Positions 40,759 to 52,855 of a stretch of DNA of 64,000 bases are shown piece after piece. A program made the position numbers and the translations under genes. How positions within the stretch are numbered: the first letter of the stretch is position 1; each line of letters starts with the position of its first letter. Origin of the DNA: Octopus vulgaris (taxonomy: Eukaryota); NCBI GenBank assembly GCA_951406725.2, contig OX597825.1, forward strand, positions 84,010,001-84,074,000, in the 5' to 3' direction. The notes under the pieces were generated by a model that ran no database searches, had not been told where the DNA came from, and was given only the letters and a program-made list of their open reading frames with translations.

Positions 40759-40852
40759 ATCAAACTGAAGAACATGGAAACTACCAAAATATATTCCTGT
40801 TGTGATATTCTTAACCAAAGTAATCCTTACCATGAGTGTTCATTGAGAAATG
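40759..40852 (+). CDS. Membrane protein exon 7 (IKLKNMETTKIYSCCDILNQSNPYHECSLRN)
   Basis: 94 nt, phase 0-1, long polypyrimidine acceptor, gtaagt donor. Confidence 0.78.
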
Positions 40853-41263
40853 GTAAGTTGATGGAAAGTATTTCTTATGTCATTTTATTAGAAACTGTGG
40901 CTTTTACAAGATGTTAATGATAAAAAAAGAGAGTGAGCAAGGTGAATTCTAAATGATCCACGTTGATGTGTTGATGCTATTATCAAGAGTTAAATCTTCC
41001 CAACACAGAAACCAGTTTCCAATCAAAGGATATAAAATTACTCATTTTTGCATCAGATTTGAAGTGAAGGCCACCGCTTGTATGATGGTGGTACTCGTTT
41101 ACAACTATTGCTCAGCATCAAGACTAGGAGATGCAAACACCCCTTCCACATACACACATGTATGTATGTATGTATGTATTTACAGTACATTTCTTTTAAT
41201 GTATCACAACTACTATACCATTTTTTATTGTATTTTTCTTTTTTTTTATTCTTTCTTTTGTAG

Positions 41264-41496
41264 ATCTTGTGTGGATAATAGAACTGACCTCTCATTCCAA
41301 ACTAATTAGCCTCGTCACACAGGTAACGATATTTGTTGGAGTGACCAGCAACGGAACAAACTCTTCACAAGAACTAACATTCAGAAAGTCAACTTATTCC
41401 CCCACATTCTCTGCTTCTACCAATATTGGAACCGAAAGCATTGATGAGGTTGAAATATACTTTGAAGATTATAATGAATCTTTTGACATATCCAAA
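41264..41496 (+). CDS. Membrane protein exon 8 (DLVWIIELTSHS...NIGTESIDEVEIYFEDYNESFDISK)
   Basis: 233 nt, phase 1-0, AG acceptor and gtgag donor. Confidence 0.78.
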
Positions 41497-41547
41497 GTGA
41501 GAATTTTCACTATGTTTGCTTTTTTATTTTAATTATTTATTTACTTA

Positions 41548-41860
41548 CTAGCAGTATCACCCAGCATTGCTCAGGTTTGTATCAACCCTTCAGAAATGGA
41601 ATTTTTGAAAAGTAAAAATTTTGCATTATGTAGCTTGTTATTCTCTTTAAGTGAATATTTTCCTGGTTGAAATACACCAAAAAATGGCGACACAGCAGTC
41701 AAGACATCGTAAAAAATAGGGATTTTCATAGAAAAAAAGCACCTTTTTGATGTAAATAAATTTTGGTGTTAACATGGTCTGATTTGAATTTTTTCTTCTA
41801 TAGAAGGAAGAGCAAGCCTTCTTCTATCAGACTCTCAATTTTGTCCAACTTGCACTGTAG
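41548..41860 (-). mobile_element. Helitron 3' fragment with the same terminus type as 3065
   Basis: ctagcagtatcacccagcattgctcaggtttg terminus. Confidence 0.6.
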
Positions 41861-42516
41861 GGTGAAGTGTTTCACTCAGGTACACAATGCATCGCCTGGT
41901 CCAGGAATTGAAACCACAATCTCATGATAGTGACTACAGCACTATAACCAATTGGCCAAGACCTTCATGTTTATATAGTAATATAACTACACGTGTGCTG
42001 TTGACGATTTCTTCTCCATCTTTGCACTTTTGCATTTCTCCTTTCCAACAAAGAGCTATGCTTGAAACATCAAACACCCTCCTTTCTCTAAGCATTAAAC
42101 AAATATATTTCTTATGCACGTCCCCACGTTCCTTTTTTTTTTGTTTTCATTTGAATGGTTAGTTTGTTTGAATTGACTATATGTATATTACGGAGATGTA
42201 CTTGCATAGCAAGTGACCTGATCTGAGATCGTGTGCTGGAATGAAGACAATTGCTGCATGGAAGGTGTTTATAAGCCATTTAAGAAACACACAAAAACCG
42301 TTAGATTCACTTCAACATTTAAATTTAATTTGTCAAAATATTTTCGTTGCTTTGAGAGTGCAACCTGTTCCCTGACAAAATTCTGTGCTGCACAGAATTT
42401 AGTCAGAGAACAGGTTGCACTCTCAAAGGATTTCCTTTTATCAATGTTGACATTTTTGTTAATCTGAATCTATAATAAAACTAATGAGCTTAAAGTTTTC
42501 TCTCAACATTTTTCAG

Positions 42517-42610
42517 ATTGTCATGACAGGAATACGTTCTGGAGAAGAATATGGTTGTGTCAACATCACTAAGACAATCCCAGCTAAATATTCATGTAAA
42601 CTACGGAAAA
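42517..42610 (+). CDS. Membrane protein exon 9 (IVMTGIRSGEEYGCVNITKTIPAKYSCKLRK)
   Basis: 94 nt, phase 0-1, tttcag acceptor and gtaag donor. Confidence 0.78.
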
Positions 42611-42852
42611 GTAAGATTTCATTCAGCTACTAAATGAAACATATGTGGTCCTTGTAATTGGTGCAGCTATTACAAGGGAGTTAACCATTTTGTAATAATT
42701 CAAAGCAGCATCAGAAATTTGAAATTGAAATTAAGGATATTTAAGGAATAATTTGCATGGAATTCACATATCTATTTTTTTATGCTTACTTAATGTGAAG
42801 ATCTTAAGAATTTTAATCATTAGTAATTATGCGTAGCATTATTATATATACA

Positions 42853-42904
<52 letters not shown>

Positions 42905-43164
42905 ATTTATATTTGTGTAACATCATCCTTGTTTCGTATACATTCGATCCTTTTTCCAAGAAATCTAATGCTTGTAGCTTAGTTTTTCCTTGGGGCTGGC
43001 AAGATCGGAGCAATCTCAAGATTAATCAGCCGAAATCGCGAGGATGATCCGGTTCTTGACTGAAGATTAGAGGCTTCGAATGACCTGTCCGAGTTTTTTG
43101 TATCGTCTATCTGAATGTTTTGCGTTCTTGTCCCATTTTGTATTTTTATATATATACATATGTA

Positions 43165-43250
<86 letters not shown>

Positions 43251-43316
43251 CATATATATATATAAATCTATACACACACATCATTAAAAGACATGTTTTC
43301 TAAATTTATATTTCAG

Positions 43317-43543
43317 GCAAAAATTGGCTGTTGAAAGTTATTTCTCCCGAAGAACAAGAAAGAAAGTTTGTTGTAGAAATTATTCAAGACAACTTATCTT
43401 CTTTCTCTAGAAACTTGACATGGAATCGTTCCACTTTTTACGGAGATAGTCATATCATGTATTTTAATCTAAAGACGTATGAAGACGATGAAGTTACAAG
43501 TTTAAAACTCCATTTCTTCGATAAATCCTTCAGAATCAGTGAA
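43317..43543 (+). CDS. Membrane protein exon 10 (SKNWLLKVISPEEQ...LKLHFFDKSFRISE)
   Basis: tttcag acceptor, phase 1 start. The donor gtgaag is weak and was placed by the phase-0 requirement and alignment to exon 8. Confidence 0.68.
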
Positions 43544-43971
43544 GTGAAGTTATTTTCTTCAGTTATTTTAAAACATCTAAAGATGATAGGGGCCTGATTG
43601 CATGTTTTAGGGGAGTGAATTTCATACTTCAAAATGGCTGGGTCCAAACTCTCAGTGGAACCAACTTTTCTTCTAGTTCTTTTCTGAAACATTCTTATTA
43701 TGATGGACAGCTCTAGACCTGGCCCCTACTACATATACACAAAACCCATCCCACCCCCTTTTAATTCTATCTCTCCTGTTTTCTCTCAACCCTTTCCTCT
43801 TACTCTGTTCCCTGCCTTATTCCCCACCCCTCATCTATTTACTATCCCCCCATCCGTCTTCCTAGAATCACCTCCCACTCTTCTGTTCTCCCTCTTTCAT
43901 AGGGGCCACTTTAAGGCTTTAGCCTTACAAGTTGCAAGGCAATCTTCACTAGTGTTGGTGCCAGGACACAA

Positions 43972-44023
<52 letters not shown>

Positions 44024-44939
44024 GGAGGAGGAGGAGGAGGAGGAGGAGGATGGTGTCAATGTAATCAACTAAACACTTCCTTCAAAAAGTGTCACCCTCC
44101 CAACTGAACAACTAAAAATTCATCTCCAATGTTACATAACTCTTACTGGTCTGTTCCGCTTCACTGCAAATTCGTATCCCAAAGTGTTACATCTTACTGC
44201 TGCAAGCAGTGGGAGCAGTGTATAATTGTTGACTATTTCATTGATTTTTCAGTATAAATCTACATTCGACCATCAATGTAGCATGGACTGCTAGTCTTCT
44301 AATTAAAATCAGAAATGTCAATAACCTGTTGATAGATCATTATTATCATCATCATTTAACGTCTGTTTTCCATGCTAGCATGGGTTGGACGGTTCGACCG
44401 GGGTCTGGGAAGCCAGTAGGCTGCACCAGGCTCCAGTCTGATCTGGAAGTGTTTCTACAGCTGGATGCCCTTCCTAACGCCAACCACTCCATGTGTGTAG
44501 TGGGTGCTTTTAATGTGCCACCGGCACAGATGCCTAGGGAGGCTGGCAGCAGTCACAATTGGTTGGTGCTTTTTACGTGCCACCGGCACAGGAGCCAGTC
44601 AAGGCGGCACTGGCATCGGCCATGTACTGATGGTGCTTTTTACGTGCCACCAGCACAGGTATCACAAATACCTAGTTAAAAATGTCAATCCAAAGAATCT
44701 ACTTATCAAACTTTTGTGTAATGAATATCATTAGTTGTTTGACTGATTGATTGATTGATTGATTGACTTGGAGGGAGGTGGGTGGGAAAGTACTTAAAGT
44801 GTCTCCCCCACTAAAAAAAATACAAATAGAGATTGTAGGGACAAACAACATAAACACCTTGGCAGGGAACTGAGGAAAACCATTATCAGTGCCTTAACAA
44901 CTGAGCTATGTTAACGATGTTCTAAATCTATCTTTTCAG

Positions 44940-45039
44940 ATAAGTTTAATGAAGACTCACCCAGAGTATAAATTCAAAACAAATGAAGAAAGAAAATTGC
45001 AGAATAGTTCAGTGACAGAATTTACTCGAATACCAAAAG
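44940..45039 (+). CDS. Membrane protein exon 11 (ISLMKTHPEYKFKTNEERKLQNSSVTEFTRIPK)
   Basis: 100 nt, phase 0-1, AG/GT bounded. Confidence 0.68.
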
Positions 45040-45439
45040 GTATACAGAGTATCTGAAGTTGTCTTGTTTAAATATTGTTCATTTTAAATGTCAGACATCA
45101 ACATTCGTATAAATACACACACTTATACACATACATATTTTCCTCACATATACACAAACATAAACTGGTTGGGTGGATAATGCAGGAAGCAACCAACCCA
45201 AGAGTATGCTCCAGCATGGCCACTGTCAAATGACTGAAACAAATAAAAGAATAAATGAATAAAAGAATTCCAGTTTGAGGTGAGAGAACATGTAGAAATC
45301 ATAGAGGTGGGACGTGGGAAAGTGGTGTAATTATTTGAAAGAGGGAATGCCAGAACGAACTGCCATATTTAATTAAATTTAATAGAGAAAGCGGTAATTA
45401 ATAAAAAAAGCCAAACTCGTTATAATGATAATAATAGTA

Positions 45440-45800
45440 ATGAAATTATTGTATACAGTGCTCAGGTGCACCACAACTTGTCAGAAAGTGCGTATAAAGT
45501 ATGTGCAGTAATGTACAAATGTCTGGGAAGTGAACAATGTATGAGTCAGATACATGCTTGTGTGTGTATGGAGGGGGGAAAATCAGGTGTCGTGTTGGTG
45601 AATCTCAGAAAGCATGGAAGTTTTGAAGGATGCAGTGCTCCGACAACTAACAACTGATGCCGGCAGTTTGTTCCATTCTTCAGCAACTCTCAGCGTGAAA
45701 AAATGTTTCCTAAAGTCATGGGAGCTGTGCTGCTTTCTGACTTTGTAGATAGATATGTCCACGGGTGTTAGACGGGTGGAGTTTGAAAAGGTGCTCAGAG
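45440..45800 (-). mobile_element. CR1/L2-like LINE 3' end
   Basis: RKHFFTLRVAEEWNKLPASVVSCRSTASFK terminal motif followed by a 3' UTR and a short TTA-type tail. Confidence 0.8.
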
Positions 45801-46084
45801 TTATCTTCAGTTTGGTTTTCATTTCTAGCCTCAACGATGCTCATGAATGTCGGGTGATGACTAAAAGAGTACCATTACAAATATATGTGGCCAAAAGGAA
45901 GTTTCTTGGAAGGATCTCTGGAGAAACTTGACAAGGTGTGTAGCTCAGAGATCAGGGAGTTTCTCCAAATGTAGTCCCTGCTTTTCTGCATTGACAGGTC
46001 ATGACTGGTACTATAGATATGCAATTACAATGGCACCAGGAAGATCACAAGGTAGATTCTTCAAGCCAAATCAGGAGAACTAGG

Positions 46085-46122
<38 letters not shown>

Positions 46123-46574
46123 AATCAAATTTGACGACTGGCATCCATGCTAGCAGGGTGCAAAGAGCACCATACGAGGGTGATCGATGGCAGAGCAGTC
46201 AACTGGCTCCATGCCAGTGGCACGTGTAAAAAATTCGAGCGAGGTCGTTGTCAGTACTGCCTGACTGGCCCCATGCCTGTGGCACGTAAAAGCACCCACT
46301 ACACTCGGAGTGGTTGGTGCTAGGAAGGGCATCCAGCTGTATAAACTCAAATTGGAGTCTGGTTCGCCAGCCCTCAGTCAAAATCGTCCAACCCATGCTA
46401 GCATGGAAAGCGGACATTAAACGATGATAATGATGATGATGAAGTTGATGGAAATCATCAGATGGACAATCCTCATACGAAACAGGATTGGACTTCTCAG
46501 TTCAATAATAATATTTGCATATTTCAGAGTTATTTTTGTCAAGTTTTAATGAAAATTTATTCTTTACTTTATAG

Positions 46575-46655
46575 AGGAGAAAGGAGAGAAAATACAATCA
46601 AATAAATCATGTCACGTTACAAACGTTACGAATGTTACGAACATTATGAAAATAG
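46575..46655 (+). CDS. Membrane protein exon 12 (stalk, EEKGEKIQSNKSCHVTNVTNVTNIMKI)
   Basis: 81 nt, phase 1-1, AG/GT bounded; tandem N-x-T/S sequons. Confidence 0.68.
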
Positions 46656-48133
46656 GTAATTATTTTTGTCTTCATTTATCATCAAATAAATTTTCATTAT
46701 CAAAGATTCTTTCTGAAACTCCATGTTTTCAAGTCCAGTCCCTCTACATGGTACCCTGGGCAAATGTCTTCCACAAGAGCTCAAAGCAGAGGATCTAATG
46801 TCCTCTAGGTGAATTTAGAAGTTAGAAATTGTGTAATAATTATTTGATTATCACTGGAATGGTAGCCACTTAACGTCATGTATTGAAAATATGGGTCATG
46901 TTCTGTCATGGATTGTGAGGCATGGCACAATCCATGTGGACGTAATAACTCCCTCACACTAAAAGGTGGTGGGCTGGCAGAAACGTTAGCACACCAGACA
47001 AAATGCTTGGCAGTATTTCGTATGCCGTTACGTTCTGAGTTCAAATTCTGCCGAGGTTGACTTTGCTTTCATCCTTTCGGGGTCGATAAATTAAGTACCA
47101 GTTACGCACTGGGGTCGATGTAATTGACTTAATCCGTTTGTTCTCTCTGTGTTTAGCCCCTTGTGGGTAATAAAGAAATAGGATTGTGAGGTATGGATAA
47201 CAGTTAGCTCCTCTCAAACATGATTTTATTCTTGAGAGTGGGTTTTTCTCAAAACTCAATATTGAATTCGATCAACAGTTTAATAACTGCACCAAGAAAG
47301 TTTGAATGAGTTTGTCCCTTTTTATTTCAAATATTCTACCTTTGTTTTAACTAATTTTGAAAATAAAGGAGAAACTAGGAAAATGAATTTGCCATTATTT
47401 AGCTGGTGTTTGACAGTTTAAAAACTGCAGCAAAAATATCAGAATGAAATACAGAAAGTTAAGTGAAATTAACAAACTTAGCATAATAACTCCCTAACAC
47501 TAAAACTTGGAATTAATTAACTCCTAAAATCATATTGAAATTTTCCAAGTCTTGTAATAATTCTGTGACAAAATGAAACTGAATGATGGAAGAAAGGATT
47601 AGGGCTTTATCCCTCCAAATGAATGAGGGACGAGGTTTGTACAACTCCTGGGATGTAGTACAAGGAGTTAAGAGTTAAAAATTACACTCATGATGAAACG
47701 AAAAATCAATAGTAATAAAGGTAATCCTTGTCCAAAAGAGGAGTGACAAGTTCACCATTCAAACTGTTTTAAGAATATCTAATGGGACTATGCAGTAGGG
47801 AGAGTTGGGGTCTGGTAAAAATGAATACCAATATATATTACTGTAGAGGTTTAATAAGACCGAAATATATCTAGATTTATCTCCCATATCTGGCAATGAC
47901 CAGTCTTTCTTCTTAAAGCATGTCCACATTCAAATTTTTTATCAGTTTTCATCTAGGAATTGTCTCCCTTAATTTTGACGGCAATTATCATTAAAATTAA
48001 TGAATTCTTTTTAATTACATTAGTAATTTTTAATGGTGATCAATTTGTTTTTGATAATTACACTAGGTATATTAGCTTCTACTTAATATACTTAAAATAT
48101 TGTTTGACTATCTTATTGTTTTTTTTTCTTTAG

Positions 48134-48197
48134 TTATTGGCACCCTTGCAGTCATCATATCATTCTTGATCATCATCATCATCGTTCTCAGAATCAG
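48134..48197 (+). CDS. Membrane protein exon 13: transmembrane helix [22 protein letters not shown]
   Basis: 64 nt, phase 1-2; hydrophobic run followed by Arg residues; AG acceptor and gtaaac donor. Confidence 0.78.
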
Positions 48198-48296
48198 GTA
48201 AACACATATATCATTAATCTTTACTCTTGTTTTATTCCCTTCTTGAGTTTGTGCGTGTGTGTGTTTGCATGTATGTATTTGTCTATATATACATAC

Positions 48297-48356
<60 letters not shown>

Positions 48357-48392
48357 GTCTATATGTATATACATACATACATACATACATAC

Positions 48393-48423
<31 letters not shown>

Positions 48424-48438
48424 TATATACATACACAC

Positions 48439-48501
<63 letters not shown>

Positions 48502-48519
48502 AATTTTTTGTGCAATGAG

Positions 48520-49075
48520 AGAAAAACCAATAGAACACCAATAGAACATATATATAAGAAGAAACTATATAGTTATTTTTAAAGATATGGATTAGGTATT
48601 ACTATAGATAAAGAGAACTATAATGTTAATTATTTAGATGCTAATTTTAATTTGATAACAGGTAAAACCCAACCATTCCATAAAATTAATGAAAACCTTA
48701 GATATATAAATGTTAATAGTAATCACCCACCTTCAATTAAAATATTGTTGATAGATAATATAGGGAAAAGAATATCAGCACTTTTTACTAATTATTGTTA
48801 AATTTTATTGATTATTTACTGTTAAAATACATATATTTATATATTTATTGTTTAATTATATAATATCTTCATTTATTTTATGTTATTTTTTGACCTGAAG
48901 AGTGGCTATATTTTTAAATCGAATTAATATTAACTTTTAATGTTATCAATTTATATATTTGGTCATGAAATGCGCGTAGTGGAAATAATGTTTGTTTTGT
49001 TTTGTGATTTTTAGAATAATAATTATAATATATTTAATTACTTTCTATATGGTTTTTATAGATAGTAACGTTCAG
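48520..49075 (+). mobile_element. Decayed Penelope-like element: RT C-terminal fragment plus degenerate hammerhead (48883-48988)
   Basis: Translates to YGLGITIDKENYNVNYLDANFNLITGKTQPFHKINENLRYINVNSNHPPSIK..IGKRISAL (PLE RT thumb, SNHPP motif), followed by CUGAAGA-GUGGCUA..UGGUCAU-GAAAU-GCGC-GUA. Confidence 0.75.
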
Positions 49076-49161
49076 TATTGATCGAATTACTAAATAACAT
49101 TTTGTCTCTAAATCCTCTCTCTCTCTCTCTTTATACACACAGACACAGACACAGACACACA

Positions 49162-49228
<67 letters not shown>

Positions 49229-49440
49229 TCATATATACAGACATATATACACATATATACATATACATACATATATATATATATAAATAAATATAAGAGA
49301 GTGTTCACTATATTGATCACTCTAGCACTAGTTAATCCAAGAGGTTTCAACCACGAAAAATACATGTTTCCCATGAAAGCCGGTACGACTGTTAGTTCAC
49401 ACGGACAGGGCAAATAAAAAATAACAAAAATACAGATTAT

Positions 49441-49518
49441 CTTGGGACAATTGTTTCGCTATTAATGAATTAAATGTAATATTACTTACAGTAATCCATT
49501 TGTAGCTCTTCAGCCAAG
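49441..49518 (-). ncRNA. Type I hammerhead ribozyme, copy 1
   Basis: Minus strand: CUUGG-CUGAAGA-GCUA...UAGC-GAAAC-AAUU-GUC-CCAAG; full catalytic core with stems I, II and III. Confidence 0.88.
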
Positions 49519-49975
49519 GCTATCTTGATGAAATCCACTCAATCACACGCCAGATTTTACCATAACGATAATTACGCGTGCGGTTCAATTGATTACATCG
49601 GACGTTATAATTCAAATGCCCCAACCAACAGCGCGCCAAACTCTCACGGAAAAACAAATACAGCATTTAGAAATAAATGCAGCATAATTATAATTAATTA
49701 ATAAGGGTGAGAGAATTAGATACTAATTTAATAGTATATTTATTCCACACCAAGTGGCCTAGTGCTACGAGAAACCTGGATTATTATAATATTTTATAAC
49801 ATATTATAATATTTTCACAAAATAAATATAAGAGAGTGTTCACTATATTGATCACTCTAGCACTAGTTAATCCAAGAGGTTTCAACCACGAAAAATACAT
49901 GTTTCCCATGAAAGCCGGTACGACTGTTAGTTCACACGGACAGGGCAAATAAAAAATAACAAAAATACAGATTAT

Positions 49976-50053
49976 CTTGGGACAATTGTTTCGCTATTAA
50001 TGAATTAAATGTAATATTACTTACAGTAATCCATTTGTAGCTCTTCAGCCAAG
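49976..50053 (-). ncRNA. Type I hammerhead ribozyme, copy 2
   Basis: Same sequence as copy 1. Confidence 0.88.
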
Positions 50054-50510
50054 GCTATCTTGATGAAATCCACTCAATCACACGCCAGATTTTACCATAA
50101 CGATAATTACGCGTGCGGTTCAATTGATTACATCGGACGTTATAATTCAAATGCCCCAACCAACAGCGCGCCAAACTCTCACGGAAAAACAAATACAGCA
50201 TTTAGAAATAAATGCAGCATAATTATAATTAATTAATAAGGGTGAGAGAATTAGATACTAATTTAATAGTATATTTATTCCACACCAAGTGGCCTAGTGC
50301 TACGAGAAACCTGGATTATTATAATATTTTATAACATATTATAATATTTTCACAAAATAAATATAAGAGAGTGTTCACTATATTGATCACTCTAGCACTA
50401 GTTAATCCAAGAGGTTTCAACCACGAAAAATACATGTTTCCCATGAAAGCCGGTACGACTGTTAGTTCACACGGACAGGGCAAATAAAAAATAACAAAAA
50501 TACAGATTAT

Positions 50511-50588
50511 CTTGGGACAATTGTTTCGCTATTAATGAATTAAATGTAATATTACTTACAGTAATCCATTTGTAGCTCTTCAGCCAAG
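50511..50588 (-). ncRNA. Type I hammerhead ribozyme, copy 3
   Basis: Same sequence as copy 1. Confidence 0.88.
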
Positions 50589-51042
50589 GCTATCTTGATG
50601 AAATCCACTCAATCACACGCCAGATTTTACCATAACGATAATTACGCGTGCGGTTCAATTGATTACATCGGACGTTATAATTCAAATGCCCCAACCAACA
50701 GCGCGCCAAACTCTCACGGAAAAACAAATACAGCATTTAGAAATAAATGCAGCATAATTATAATTAATTAATAAGGGTGAGAGAATTAGATACTAATTTA
50801 ATAGTATATTTATTCCACACCAAGTGGCCTAGTGCTACGAGAAACCTGGATTATTATAATATTTTATAACATATAATATTTTCACAAAATAAATATAAGA
50901 GAGTGTTCACTATATTGATCACTCTAGCACTAGTTAATCCAAGAGGTTTCAACCACGAAAAATACATGTTTCCCATGAAAGCCGGTACGACTGTTAGTTC
51001 ACACGGACAGGGCAAATAAAAAATAACAAAAATACAGATTAT

Positions 51043-51120
51043 CTTGGGACAATTGTTTCGCTATTAATGAATTAAATGTAATATTACTTACAGTAATCCA
51101 TTTGTAGCTCTTCAGCCAAG
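51043..51120 (-). ncRNA. Type I hammerhead ribozyme, copy 4
   Basis: Same sequence as copy 1. Confidence 0.88.
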
Positions 51121-51577
51121 GCTATCTTGATGAAATCCACTCAATCACACGCCAGATTTTACCATAACGATAATTACGCGTGCGGTTCAATTGATTACAT
51201 CGGACGTTATAATTCAAATGCCCCAACCAACAGCGCGCCAAACTCTCACGGAAAAACAAATACAGCATTTAGAAATAAATGCAGCATAATTATAATTAAT
51301 TAATAAGGGTGAGAGAATTAGATACTAATTTAATAGTATATTTATTCCACACCAAGTGGCCTAGTGCTACGAGAAACCTGGATTATTATAATATTTTATA
51401 ACATATTATAATATTTTCACAAAATAAATATAAGAGAGTGTTCACTATATTGATCACTCTAGCACTAGTTAATCCAAGAGGTTTCAACCACGAAAAATAC
51501 ATGTTTCCCATGAAAGCCGGTACGACTGTTAGTTCACACGGACAGGGCAAATAAAAAATAACAAAAATACAGATTAT

Positions 51578-51655
51578 CTTGGGACAATTGTTTCGCTATT
51601 AATGAATTAAATGTAATATTACTTACAGTAATCCATTTGTAGCTCTTCAGCCAAG
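51578..51655 (-). ncRNA. Type I hammerhead ribozyme, copy 5
   Basis: Same sequence as copy 1. Confidence 0.88.
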
Positions 51656-52112
51656 GCTATCTTGATGAAATCCACTCAATCACACGCCAGATTTTACCAT
51701 AACGATAATTACGCGTGCGGTTCAATTGATTACATCGGACGTTATAATTCAAATGCCCCAACCAACAGCGCGCCAAACTCTCACGGAAAAACAAATACAG
51801 CATTTAGAAATAAATGCAGCATAATTATAATTAATTAATAAGGGTGAGAGAATTAGATACTAATTTAATAGTATATTTATTCCACACCAAGTGGCCTAGT
51901 GCTACGAGAAACCTGGATTATTATAATATTTTATAACATATTATAATATTTTCACAAAATAAATATAAGAGAGTGTTCACTATATTGATCACTCTAGCAC
52001 TAGTTAATCCAAGAGGTTTCAACCACGAAAAATACATGTTTCCCATGAAAGCCGGTACGACTGTTAGTTCACACGGACAGGGCAAATAAAAAATAACAAA
52101 AATACAGATTAT

Positions 52113-52190
52113 CTTGGGACAATTGTTTCGCTATTAATGAATTAAATGTAATATTACTTACAGTAATCCATTTGTAGCTCTTCAGCCAAG
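52113..52190 (-). ncRNA. Type I hammerhead ribozyme, copy 6
   Basis: Same sequence as copy 1. Confidence 0.88.
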
Positions 52191-52767
52191 GCTATCTTGA
52201 TGAAATCCACTCAATCACACGCCAGATTTTACCATAACGATAATTACGCGTGCGGTTCAATTGATTACATCGGACGTTATAATTCAAATGCCCCAACCAA
52301 CAGCGCGCCAAACTCTCACGGAAAAACAAATACAGCATTTAGAAATAAATGCAGCATAATTATAATTAATTAATAAGGGTGAGAGAATTAGATACTAATT
52401 TAATAGTATATTTATTCCACACCAAGTGGCCTAGTGCTACGAGAAACCTGGATTATTATAATATTTTATAACATATTATAATATTTTCACAAAATAAATA
52501 TAAGAGAGTGTTCACTATATTGGTCACTCTAGCACTAGTTAATCCAAGAGGTTTCAACCACGAGGTTTCTCGTAGCACTAGGCCACTTGGTGTGGAATAA
52601 ATATACTATTAAATTAGTATCTAATTCTCTCACCCTTATTAATTAATCATATATATATATACATATTTACATGCTCCATCTTCTGTATCATTTATTTAGA
52701 ATATAAATATCTTTGCTCCAGTAAAGGAAAATATGTAATAGTCATTATTTTAAACTTGTTTCTTGCC

Positions 52768-52843
<76 letters not shown>

Positions 52844-52855
52844 TGTCTATTGCAG

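Larger units (their letters stand above)
49285..52647 (-). mobile_element. Tandem array of 535-bp hammerhead-containing units (retrozyme / non-autonomous Penelope-like element): 6 full units, a partial unit and an inverted terminal segment
   Basis: Unit marker gtgttcac recurs at 49301, 49836, 50371, 50903, 51438, 51973 and 52508. 52563-52647 is the reverse complement of part of the unit. (TA)n flanks on both sides. Confidence 0.88.

Noticed and set aside
42930-43145. Hammerhead in a PLE-like repeat (CTGAAGA...; related CTGATGA near 37650)
   Set aside because: I could not pair stems I-III around a GAAA in the right order.
49285-52563. Array as CRISPR, rDNA/5S or snRNA cluster
   Set aside because: No unique spacers and no recognisable rRNA or snRNA sequence; the hammerhead and inverted end explain it better.
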